Assembly: GCA_036746875.1 (NCBI GenBank)
Contig: DAIODI010000001.1
Coordinates: 1 to 59,063, forward strand
DNA from: Aestuariivirgaceae bacterium
GTDB lineage: Bacteria > Pseudomonadota > Alphaproteobacteria > Rhizobiales > Aestuariivirgaceae
Length of the DNA stretch: 59,063 nucleotides
Direction: 5' to 3'
The notes beneath the pieces are model-generated. The model was given only the letters and a program-made list of their open reading frames with translations, had not been told where the DNA came from and did no database searches. Both the position numbers and the translations under genes were made by a program. Below are positions 9,394-17,163 of the stretch, piece by piece (the first letter of the stretch is position 1; the number at the start of each line of letters is the position of its first letter).

Positions 9394-10533
9394 ATGCTGA
9401 AGCCGCTCGCCGCCATCGCCGCCGCCGGTGTGTTCGCTTCCGTCGCCAATGCTGAAACGGTTCAGAGCGAAAAGGGCGCGATCGCGGTTGAAACCATCGC
9501 CATGGGCCTCGACCGGCCCTGGGGCGTCGCCGTTTTGCCCGGCGGCGGGTTTCTCGTGACCGAGAAGGAAGGGGCGCTGCGGTTCGTTTCGCCGTCCGGC
9601 GAGATCGGCAAACCGCTGGCCGGCGTGCCGAAGGTCGACGCGCGCGGGCAGGGCGGCCTCCTCGACATCGCACTCGATCCGAAGTTCGCCGAAAACCGCC
9701 TGGTCTACCTCGCCTTCTCCGAACCCGGTCCGGGCGGCAACTCGACCGCGGTGGCGCGTGGCCGGCTCAACGCCGAAACGACGGGGCTTGAGGGCGTCGA
9801 GGTGATCTTCTCGCAGAAGCCGAAGGTGCAGAGCGTCATGCACTACGGGGCGCGCCTCGTGTTCGACCGCGACGGCGCCCTGTTCGTGACGCTGGGCGAG
9901 CGCTCCAGCCCCGAGTTTCGCCCGCAGGCGCAGGATCTGGGCTCGCACCTCGGCAAGGTGGTGCGGATAAGGCCCGACGGGGGCGTGCCGGAGGGCAACC
10001 CGTTCGCGGGCCACAGCGACGCGCTGCCGGAGATCTGGACGTACGGACATCGCAACGTACAGGCGGCGGCGCTCGATCCGGCGACGGGCGAGCTGTGGAC
10101 CATCGAGCACGGCCCGCGCGGCGGCGACGAACTCAACCTCGACAAGCCCGGCCTCAACTTCGGCTGGCCGGAGGTGTCCTTCGGCGTCAACTACGACGGC
10201 TCGAAGATCGGCTCGGGGCTCCAGACCATGGAAGGCGTCACGCCGCCGGTGCACCAGTGGACGCCGGTGATCGCGCCCTCCGGCATGGTGATCTACGACG
10301 GCGCGGCGTTCCCCGGGTGGCGCGGCGACATCCTCGTCGGCGGTTTGCGCGCGCAGGCGCTGGTGCGCCTCGAACGCAACCCGGATGGCACAGTGAAGCA
10401 CGAGGAGCGGCTGCTCGAAGGCGAGATCGGCCGCGTGCGCGACGTCGTGCAGGGGCCGGATGGCGAGATCTATCTCCTCACCGACGCCGCCAACGGCCGC
10501 CTTGTCCGGCTCGCCCCGGCCAAGGTCAACTGA
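9394..10533 (+). CDS. PQQ-dependent sugar dehydrogenase (soluble aldose/sorbosone dehydrogenase, YliI-like)
   Basis: Signal peptide MLKPLAAIAAAGVFASVANA. LDRPWGVAVLPGGGFLVTEKEG, GHRNVQAAALDP and EHGPRGGDELN motifs. Confidence 0.9.
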   Translation: MLKPLAAIAAAGVFASVANAETVQSEKGAIAVETIAMGLDRPWGVAVLPGGGFLVTEKEGALRFVSPSGEIGKPLAGVPKVDARGQGGLLDIALDPKFAENRLVYLAFSEPGPGGNSTAVARGRLNAETTGLEGVEVIFSQKPKVQSVMHYGARLVFDRDGALFVTLGERSSPEFRPQAQDLGSHLGKVVRIRPDGGVPEGNPFAGHSDALPEIWTYGHRNVQAAALDPATGELWTIEHGPRGGDELNLDKPGLNFGWPEVSFGVNYDGSKIGSGLQTMEGVTPPVHQWTPVIAPSGMVIYDGAAFPGWRGDILVGGLRAQALVRLERNPDGTVKHEERLLEGEIGRVRDVVQGPDGEIYLLTDAANGRLVRLAPAKVN

Positions 10534-11305
10534 CGCTGTTGAAGAGCCCGCCGTCGATCAGGATATTCTGGCCGGTCAGGTAGCCGGCCTGCGCCGAACA
10601 AAGGAAGGCGACCAGCCGGCCCAGCTCGTCGGCCTCGCCGAACCTGCGGGCCGGGACGCCCGCGGCACGCTCGGCCGCCATCTCCTCCGTCGGCTTGCCG
10701 CGCATCGACGCCATGCGCGCGGTCGAGGCGCGCAGCCGGTCGGTGTCGAACATGCCTGGCAGCACCTGGTTGACGGTGACGTTGTGCCGGGCGATGTCGC
10801 GCGCCGGACCGGCGAGGAACGCGGTCAGCCCCGCCCGCGCCGCCGACGACACGTCGAGGCCGAGGATCGGCATCTTCACCGAAGCCGACGTGATGTTGAC
10901 GATGCGGCCGAAGCCGCGCGCGCACATGCCGCCGACGACACGCTGAAACAGCTCGATCGGCGTCACCATGTTCTGGATGGCGCCGTTGACCAAATCTTCC
11001 CGTGTCACGGCGCGAAAATCCTTGAGCGGCGGGCCGCCGTTGTTGTTCACGAGGATGTCCGGGGCGGGGCAGGCGGAAAGGAGCGCGTCCTGTCCCTCGC
11101 GGGTCGATACGTCGGCGGCCACCGGCGTCACTTCCACGCCGAAGCGCTGCGCGATCTCGTCGGCGGCGCGCGACAGCACGGCCGCGTCGCGACCGTTCAA
11201 CACGAGATGCACCCCGTCGCCCGCCAGCGCCTCGGCGCAGGCCCGCCCCAACCCGCGGCTAGAGGCGCAAACGATGGCCCGACGTCCCGCGATGCCCAGA
11301 TCCAT
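10526..11305 (-). CDS. SDR family oxidoreductase
   Basis: MDLGIAGRRAIVCASSRGLGRACAEALA (TGxxxGxG-like) and NNNGGPP. ATG at 11305 preceded by GGGGAGACGGAG. Confidence 0.88.
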   Translation of the reverse strand: MDLGIAGRRAIVCASSRGLGRACAEALAGDGVHLVLNGRDAAVLSRAADEIAQRFGVEVTPVAADVSTREGQDALLSACPAPDILVNNNGGPPLKDFRAVTREDLVNGAIQNMVTPIELFQRVVGGMCARGFGRIVNITSASVKMPILGLDVSSAARAGLTAFLAGPARDIARHNVTVNQVLPGMFDTDRLRASTARMASMRGKPTEEMAAERAAGVPARRFGEADELGRLVAFLCSAQAGYLTGQNILIDGGLFNSVS

Positions 11306-11383
11306 CTCCGTCTCCCCCGGTGATCGCATCCGCGACCGAACGCGTCCTGCGGCGTGCCCGCTTGCGGTCTTTGTTGTTGCGAC

Positions 11384-11430
11384 GTTTCTTTCCGCCAAGC
11401 GGTGACGCTTTGGCGCGATGACGCTCTATC
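11384..11430. repeat. Conserved hairpin element, copy 4 of 4 (core form)
   Basis: GTTTCTTTCCGCCAAGCGGTGACGCTTTGGCGCGATGACGCTCTATC. The stem is changed relative to copy 1 but still pairs (CGCCAAGC / GCTTTGGCG). Confidence 0.65.
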
Positions 11431-11457
11431 GCGTCACGTCAAGGTCGGCAACCGGAG

Positions 11458-11483
11458 ACGAAAACGGGGCCCGAGGGCCCCGT
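11458..11483 (-). terminator. Rho-independent terminator of the DUF2852 gene
   Basis: Minus strand reads ACGGGGCCC-TC-GGGCCCCGT followed by TTTTCGTC, about 30 nt after the stop at 11511. Confidence 0.7.
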
Positions 11484-11510
11484 CGAAACCGCAGTGGTTG
11501 TGACCTTCGG

Positions 11511-11879
11511 TCAGGACGGGTTCACCGTCCGGGTGCGCTCATCCATGAAGCGGCGGAACTCCTCCGCGTCGCGCGCCTCACGCAGCTTCTGCACGTAGGC
11601 GCGGAACTCCTCCTGCTCGCGCTCCAGCCGCTCCAGCGTCTCGGCGCGATAGGCGTCGAAGGCCGTGTTTCCGGACGAGCCGTATATCGCGTAAGGGGCC
11701 CTAATGCCTTTGCCGCGAACCTTCGCCATCAGCGCGCCCGCGAGGCGGTCGAAGCTGCCGCCGAGCGCGATATAGCCGAGCGCGGCGAGGCCCAGCGGCC
11801 ACCAGGCGACAAAGCCCAGAACTACGGCGGCGACGCCCATGGGGGTCCAGCGGCCGGTGGTGGGCGCCAGTGTATTCAT
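11511..11879 (-). CDS. DUF2852-like small membrane protein
   Basis: MNTLAPTTGRWTPMGVAAVVLGFVAWWPLGLAALGYIAL followed by a charged helix LERLEREQEEFRAYVQKLREARDAEEFRRFM. The family name is from memory. Confidence 0.65.
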   Translation of the reverse strand: MNTLAPTTGRWTPMGVAAVVLGFVAWWPLGLAALGYIALGGSFDRLAGALMAKVRGKGIRAPYAIYGSSGNTAFDAYRAETLERLEREQEEFRAYVQKLREARDAEEFRRFMDERTRTVNPS

Positions 11880-11991
11880 CTGTGTCGATCTCCCTCGAAA
11901 AGGCGGGCGGTCTTCCAAATCCACCCCGGTCCGATATGGTGGTTCACGCCCGGGCTTCAAGATGCCCGGCCCTGGCGAACCAGGAGGCCCC

Positions 11992-12987
11992 ATGACCGTC
12001 GCCGTCCAGCGCCCCATGCCCGCGTTCGCCGACATCGAGGCGGCGGCGCGCCGGCTCAACGGCTACGCCGTGCGGACGCCGCTGTTGCGCTCGGCGGACC
12101 TTGACCGCATCACCGGGGCCACGGTGCTGGTGAAGGCGGAGTGCCTGCAGCGCACCGGCTCGTTCAAGTTTCGCGGCGCGTGGAATTTCATCTCGCAGCT
12201 GCCGGAGGACGCGCGGGCGGGCGGCGTGGTCGCGTTCTCCTCCGGCAACCACGCCCAAGGGGTGGCGGCGGCGGCGCAGTTGCGCGGCTTCCCGGCGGTG
12301 ATCGTGATGCCGCAGGACGCGCCCGCCATCAAGCAGGCGAACACGCGCGGCTATGGCGCGCAGGTGGTGACCTACGACCGTGTCGGCCAATCGCGCGAGG
12401 AGATCGCCCGCCGCATCGCCGCCGAGCGCGGCGCGGCGCTGGTTCCGCCCTACGATCACCCGTGGATCATCGCCGGGCAGGGAACGGTGGGGCTTGAGAT
12501 TGCGGGCGATGCGCGCGCCCAGGGTCTTGAGGTGGACGACGTTCTCGTGTGCGCCTCCGGCGGCGGCCTCACCGCCGGCGTCGCGCTGGCGCTTGAAGCG
12601 TTGTCGCCGAAAACCTCCGTGTACACCGCCGAACCCAGCGCCTTCGACGATCACCGCCGCTCGCTGGCTTCGGGCCAGCGCGAAACCAACGAGCAGCGCG
12701 CCGGGTCGATCTGCGATGCGCTGCTGTCGCCGCAGCCGGGAGAGCTCACCTTCTCGATCAACCTGCCACGCCTGCGCGGCGGCGTGGCGGCGACCGACGA
12801 GGAGGTCCGCGCCGCCATGCGGTTCGCGTTCGACAAGCTGAAGATCGTGGTGGAGCCCGGCGGCGCCGTGGCGCTGGCCTGCCTGCTCGCGGGCCGCATC
12901 GACGTGAAAGGACGCACCGCCGTGGCCGTCATCTCCGGCGGCAATGTCGATCCGGCGATGTTCGCCGGCATCCTGCTGGAAGGCTGA
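11992..12987 (+). CDS. PLP-dependent threonine/serine dehydratase (fold type II)
   Basis: AGGAGG at 11982-11987 before the ATG. LQRTGSFKFRGA lysine motif and SSGNHAQG. Confidence 0.88.
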   Translation: MTVAVQRPMPAFADIEAAARRLNGYAVRTPLLRSADLDRITGATVLVKAECLQRTGSFKFRGAWNFISQLPEDARAGGVVAFSSGNHAQGVAAAAQLRGFPAVIVMPQDAPAIKQANTRGYGAQVVTYDRVGQSREEIARRIAAERGAALVPPYDHPWIIAGQGTVGLEIAGDARAQGLEVDDVLVCASGGGLTAGVALALEALSPKTSVYTAEPSAFDDHRRSLASGQRETNEQRAGSICDALLSPQPGELTFSINLPRLRGGVAATDEEVRAAMRFAFDKLKIVVEPGGAVALACLLAGRIDVKGRTAVAVISGGNVDPAMFAGILLEG

Positions 12988-13029
12988 GAGCCGGAGCGGC
13001 ATCCGGCGTGATGGCGCGCGGCCGGGGCT

Positions 13030-13887
13030 CTATACGCGCGCCTCGGCCTCGCCGGGCGCCGCCTCGCTGGCCAGCGGAATCTCGCCGTTCGACGAGCGAA
13101 TGACCACGATCCGCCGTTTTCGTTCGCTCGCCGGCGGCTCGCTCGCCGCCGGGGCCGGTTCCGCCTTCGGCCGTTCGGCGTGCATATGGAACGCCTCCGA
13201 CGCGGCGATCGCCTCCGCCACCGCCGACGTGCGTGGCTTCGCCGGCAGCGGGATCGGCTGAAACAGGTCTTCCTCGACGGCGAAGAGCTTCGGGTTCCGG
13301 GCGTCGGGCGGCGCCTTCGCCGGCGAGGCGGAGGGCTGCGCGTGCGTGGCGCGGCGCGCGGCGGCGTTGCTCAGCACCGCCATCGCGGCGCGCACCCGGC
13401 GCAGGTTGAGCTCGGCCTTCCAGCGCTCGCGGCTCAGCTTGCCGATGGTCGAGTCGAGCTGGTCGAGCGCCGGGTCTTCCGGATGCCGCTCGCGCAATCC
13501 GGAGGCCAGCGTCTGCAAGGTCTCGGTGGCGATGGAGAGGCCTGTCACCGTTTCGGCGTTGGCGGCCGCCACGGCGCGGAACGGATCGGAGCCGGGCGAA
13601 AGCGCGCCTTCCGCGTCCAGCATCTCGTGCCGGGCGGCGAGAATTTCGCTGCGCGCCCGGTCGAGATCGAGCGCGACGGGCTGCGGATCGGACGACGCGG
13701 GCAGGCGAGTCACCACCACCTTTTCGAGGCGGCCGACGGCCTCGAGCACCAGTCGCGTGTCGGCGGCGCGGTTGCGGCGGGCGAACTCCGCGAGGAACCA
13801 GCGGCCACGGGCGGTGTCGAGCACGGCCTGCTCTATCGCCTCGTAATCTTCCTGGCGCACGTCCGTCTGCCACGTCTTGTCGGCCAT
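13030..13887 (-). CDS. hypothetical protein with a Pro/Ala-rich C-terminal half
   Basis: MADKTWQTDVRQEDYEAIEQAVLDTARGRWFLAEFARRNR... Clean ORF, no family I can name. Confidence 0.55.
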   Translation of the reverse strand: MADKTWQTDVRQEDYEAIEQAVLDTARGRWFLAEFARRNRAADTRLVLEAVGRLEKVVVTRLPASSDPQPVALDLDRARSEILAARHEMLDAEGALSPGSDPFRAVAAANAETVTGLSIATETLQTLASGLRERHPEDPALDQLDSTIGKLSRERWKAELNLRRVRAAMAVLSNAAARRATHAQPSASPAKAPPDARNPKLFAVEEDLFQPIPLPAKPRTSAVAEAIAASEAFHMHAERPKAEPAPAASEPPASERKRRIVVIRSSNGEIPLASEAAPGEAEARV

Positions 13888-14001
13888 GCACGCCACCTTA
13901 CGCTGTTCGCGCCCCGGCTTCACCTATCGCCCGGCAACGGTTATGGATTGGTTAGCGATGACCGCCTCGTTAACCGGCGTCCGCAGAGATGTCCCTGGAT
14001 C

Positions 14002-15159
14002 ATGTCCGACAACGATGTCACGCCGCGTCTGCGGCTCCAGTATGTCGCGCTGTTCGTGTCGGTCGGCGTGTTCCTGCCGTACTTCCCCGTATGGCTCGCC
14101 GCGCGCGGATTTTCGAGCGCGGCGATCGCGTCGCTGGTCGCCGGCCAGATCGCGGTTCGGGTTGTGGCGTCGCCCCTCGCCGGATGGATCGCCGACCACG
14201 GCGGGCGCCGGCCGCAGGTGCTCTCGGCGCTCGCCGCAGCGGCCGCCGTTTCGGCGCTGGTCCTCGCCTTCGCCTCCGACCCGCGGGTGATCGTCGTGGC
14301 GTCGCTGTCGATGGCGGCGGCCATGGGGCCGCTGATTCCCATTTCGGAAGGGGAGGCCGTCCAGCTGGCGCGTCGCCATGGCGCGCACTACGGCCGGCTG
14401 CGGCTGTGGGGGTCGGCGGCGTTCGTGGCGGCGAACGTCGGCGCGGGCGTGTTCATCGACCGGCTGGGGGTGAGCCTGATGATGATCCCGCTCGCGTCGG
14501 CGCATTTCGTTTCGGCGATCACCTCGGTCTTGCTGCCTGGCGAACCTCAAGCGCCCGCAGGCGCGGCGCCGCCGCCGCGGCTCGCCCTCCACGCCGTTTT
14601 GCGGCAGCCGGGCTTCGTGCTGTTCCTCGCGGCCGCAGGATGTTCGGTGGCGAGCCACGCCGCGTACTATACGTTCTCGGCGCTGGCCTGGACGGCGATG
14701 GGATATGACGCCGTCACCATCGGGGCGCTGTGGGCGATCGGCGTCGCCGCCGAGATCGCGCTGTTCTTCCGCCTTGGCGCGCCCGCCGGGGCCCGCGAGG
14801 CCGCGGCCCTGATCGCCGCCGGGGCCGCCGGCGCGGCGCTGCGCTGGGCCGCCATGGCGGCGGCTCCGCCGTTTGCGGTTCTCCTCGCCGTCCAGTGCCT
14901 GCACGCGGCCTCGTTCGCCATGGTCCACATGGGGGCGATGGCGTGGATTCGCGCCTCTGTGGCCCCGGAGTTGCGGTCGTCGGCGCAAACGCTCCATGCG
15001 GCCGCCGGGGGCGGGGCGCTTCTGTTCGCGGCGACGATGGTCGCCGGCCGTCTCTATGCCGCGCATCCGGCGGCGATGTATCTGGCGATGGCGGGCTTCG
15101 CGGCCGTGTCGCTCGGGTTGGCGCTGGAGCTCAGGCGGCGGGCCGGATCAGCCCCATAG
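14002..15159 (+). CDS. MFS transporter (phenylpropionate-permease-like)
   Basis: About 12 hydrophobic segments. N-terminus MSDNDVTPRLRLQYVALFVSVGVFLPYFPVWLAARGF. Confidence 0.85.
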   Translation: MSDNDVTPRLRLQYVALFVSVGVFLPYFPVWLAARGFSSAAIASLVAGQIAVRVVASPLAGWIADHGGRRPQVLSALAAAAAVSALVLAFASDPRVIVVASLSMAAAMGPLIPISEGEAVQLARRHGAHYGRLRLWGSAAFVAANVGAGVFIDRLGVSLMMIPLASAHFVSAITSVLLPGEPQAPAGAAPPPRLALHAVLRQPGFVLFLAAAGCSVASHAAYYTFSALAWTAMGYDAVTIGALWAIGVAAEIALFFRLGAPAGAREAAALIAAGAAGAALRWAAMAAAPPFAVLLAVQCLHAASFAMVHMGAMAWIRASVAPELRSSAQTLHAAAGGGALLFAATMVAGRLYAAHPAAMYLAMAGFAAVSLGLALELRRRAGSAP

Positions 15160-16137
15160 CGCGCGCGGCGCAGGGTGCATCAGCGATCCCTCGTAACGGA
15201 TGCGGGGGTCGCGGTCGCGGGCGAGGAGCAGGGGGCCGTCGAGGTCGATCCACCTCGCGCTCTGCGCCAGCAGGAACGCCGGCGCCATGGCGAGCGAGGT
15301 GCCGACCATGCAGCCCACCATGACGTCGAGCTTCAGCCGCCGCGCCTCGCCCACGACGGCGATGGCCGGGGTGAGCCCGCCGGACTTGTCGAGCTTGACG
15401 TTCACCGCGTCGTAGCGCCGGGCGAGCCGGGCCAGATCGTCCGTGGACGATAGGTCGTTGGCGGATTCGTCGGCGCAAACAGGCACGGCGCGCGCCAGAC
15501 CCTCCAGCGCGCCGTCGTCTCCGGCGGGCAGCGGCTGCTCCACCAGTTCGACGCCCGCGTCACGGCAGGCGTCGAGCATCGCGGGCAGGAGATCGCCGGT
15601 CCAGCCCTCGTTGGCGTCCACGATCAGGCGGCTGTCCGGGGCGGCGCGGCGCACCGCGTCGAGGCGGGCGCGGTCGTCCGGCCGGCCGAGTTTCAGCTTG
15701 AGCAGCGGCCGGTGCGCCGCCTTCGCCGCCGCGGCCGCCATCTCCTCCGGCGATCCAAGGCTCAGCGTGAAGGCGGTGACGGCGGGCTGCGGTTCGGCGA
15801 GGCCGGCGAGCCGCCACACCGGCGCCCCGGCTTCCTTCGCTTCGAGGTCCCACAGCGCGCAATCGAGCGCGTTGCGGGCGGCGTGGGTTTTCAGGAGCGC
15901 CGGCAGACGGGAGCGGTCGAGATTTGCCGGCGGTTCCTTCGCCAGCGCCTCAAGCTCGGCGAGTACGCCCTCCGGCGTCTCGCCGTAGCGCGGGTAGGGC
16001 ACGCACTCGCCCCGCCCGGTCGCCGCGCCGCGCGTCGCCGTGACCACGACCACGTCGGCGGCGGTCTTCGAGCCCCGCGAGATCGTGAAGGTTCCGGCGA
16101 TGGGCCAGCTCTGCCGTTCGGCGGCGATGGTCAGCAT
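15148..16137 (-). CDS. enolase-superfamily dipeptide epimerase / N-acetyl-D-glutamate racemase-like protein (DgcA-like)
   Basis: LKLKLG, IVDANEGW, VELVEQPL, VCADES and NVKLDKSGGL metal and catalytic motifs. ATG lies 2 nt after the upstream stop. Confidence 0.85.
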   Translation of the reverse strand: MLTIAAERQSWPIAGTFTISRGSKTAADVVVVTATRGAATGRGECVPYPRYGETPEGVLAELEALAKEPPANLDRSRLPALLKTHAARNALDCALWDLEAKEAGAPVWRLAGLAEPQPAVTAFTLSLGSPEEMAAAAAKAAHRPLLKLKLGRPDDRARLDAVRRAAPDSRLIVDANEGWTGDLLPAMLDACRDAGVELVEQPLPAGDDGALEGLARAVPVCADESANDLSSTDDLARLARRYDAVNVKLDKSGGLTPAIAVVGEARRLKLDVMVGCMVGTSLAMAPAFLLAQSARWIDLDGPLLLARDRDPRIRYEGSLMHPAPRALWG

Positions 16138-16139
16138 GG

Positions 16140-17147
16140 TCAGCGCCAGCGCGCCTGCACGAGATCGACGATGGGACCGACGCCGGTGCGGACCGGATCG
16201 ACGCACGGCAGCCCATGCTCCGCCGATGTTTTGGCCAGCATGTCGCGCATCTCGGCCTCGCCCAGGGCCTGGGTGTTGATGGCGACGCCGACGCAGCGGA
16301 TCGCCGTGTTCGTCAGGCGGCCTTCCAGCACGGTCCGCTCGATCACCTCGCCAATCGAGGGCAGGGGATACTTCACCCCGCGCATCGTTGTGCGCGTGGG
16401 CTCGTGGCAGACCACGAAGGCGTCGGGCTGGGCGCCGTGCAGCAGCCCGAGCGTGACGCCGGCGAACGAGGGATGGAACAGCGAGCCCTGGCCCTCCACC
16501 ACGTCCCAGTGATCGGGGGCGTTTTCCGGGGTCAGCCACTCGGCCGCGCCGGCGATGAAGTCGGCCACCACGGCGTCGAGCGCCACGCCGCGTCCGGCGA
16601 TCAGGATTCCGGTCTGGCCGGTCGCGCGGAACGTGGAGTTCATGCCGCGCCGTCGCATCTCGATGTCGATGGCGAGCGCCGTGTACTTCTTGCCGACCGA
16701 ACAGTCGGTGCCGACGGTGAGCAGGCGGCGGCCTTCGCGCTTCACGCCCTTGCCGGTGTCGAACACGCGCGAGGTGTGGCGCACGTCATGGAGATGGCGC
16801 CCGGCGCGGTGCGCCGCCTCGGCCACCGCCGGGATCGAGCCCAGCCGCTTGTGCAGGCCGGTGGCCACATCCATGCCGGCGTCGAGGGCCTCGACGATCG
16901 AGGCCACCCAGTGATCGGGAAGCACGCCGCCGGCGTTGGCGACGCCGACGACCATCGTCTTCGCGCCCCGGTTTGCGGCCTCGGCGATGTCCATGTCGGG
17001 AAGGCCGCAGTCGGCCTGGCAGCCGGCGAGCCGCAGCTGGCCCACGCACCAGTCGCGCCGCCAGTCGACGACGCCCTGCGCGGTCTTGGCGGCGAGCTGG
17101 TCGGCGACGTCGCCGAGAAACATCAGGTAAGGCTTGAGGATCTCCAC
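16140..17147 (-). CDS. DUF1611 domain protein (DgcN-like N-acetyltransferase)
   Basis: (V)EILKPYLMFLGDVADQLAAKTAQGV... and TDCSVGKKYTA. The start is uncertain: GTG at 17147 or 17156, or ATG at 17123. Confidence 0.8.
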   Translation of the reverse strand: MEILKPYLMFLGDVADQLAAKTAQGVVDWRRDWCVGQLRLAGCQADCGLPDMDIAEAANRGAKTMVVGVANAGGVLPDHWVASIVEALDAGMDVATGLHKRLGSIPAVAEAAHRAGRHLHDVRHTSRVFDTGKGVKREGRRLLTVGTDCSVGKKYTALAIDIEMRRRGMNSTFRATGQTGILIAGRGVALDAVVADFIAGAAEWLTPENAPDHWDVVEGQGSLFHPSFAGVTLGLLHGAQPDAFVVCHEPTRTTMRGVKYPLPSIGEVIERTVLEGRLTNTAIRCVGVAINTQALGEAEMRDMLAKTSAEHGLPCVDPVRTGVGPIVDLVQARWR

Positions 17148-17163
17148 TCTGCGCACGCTTCGG

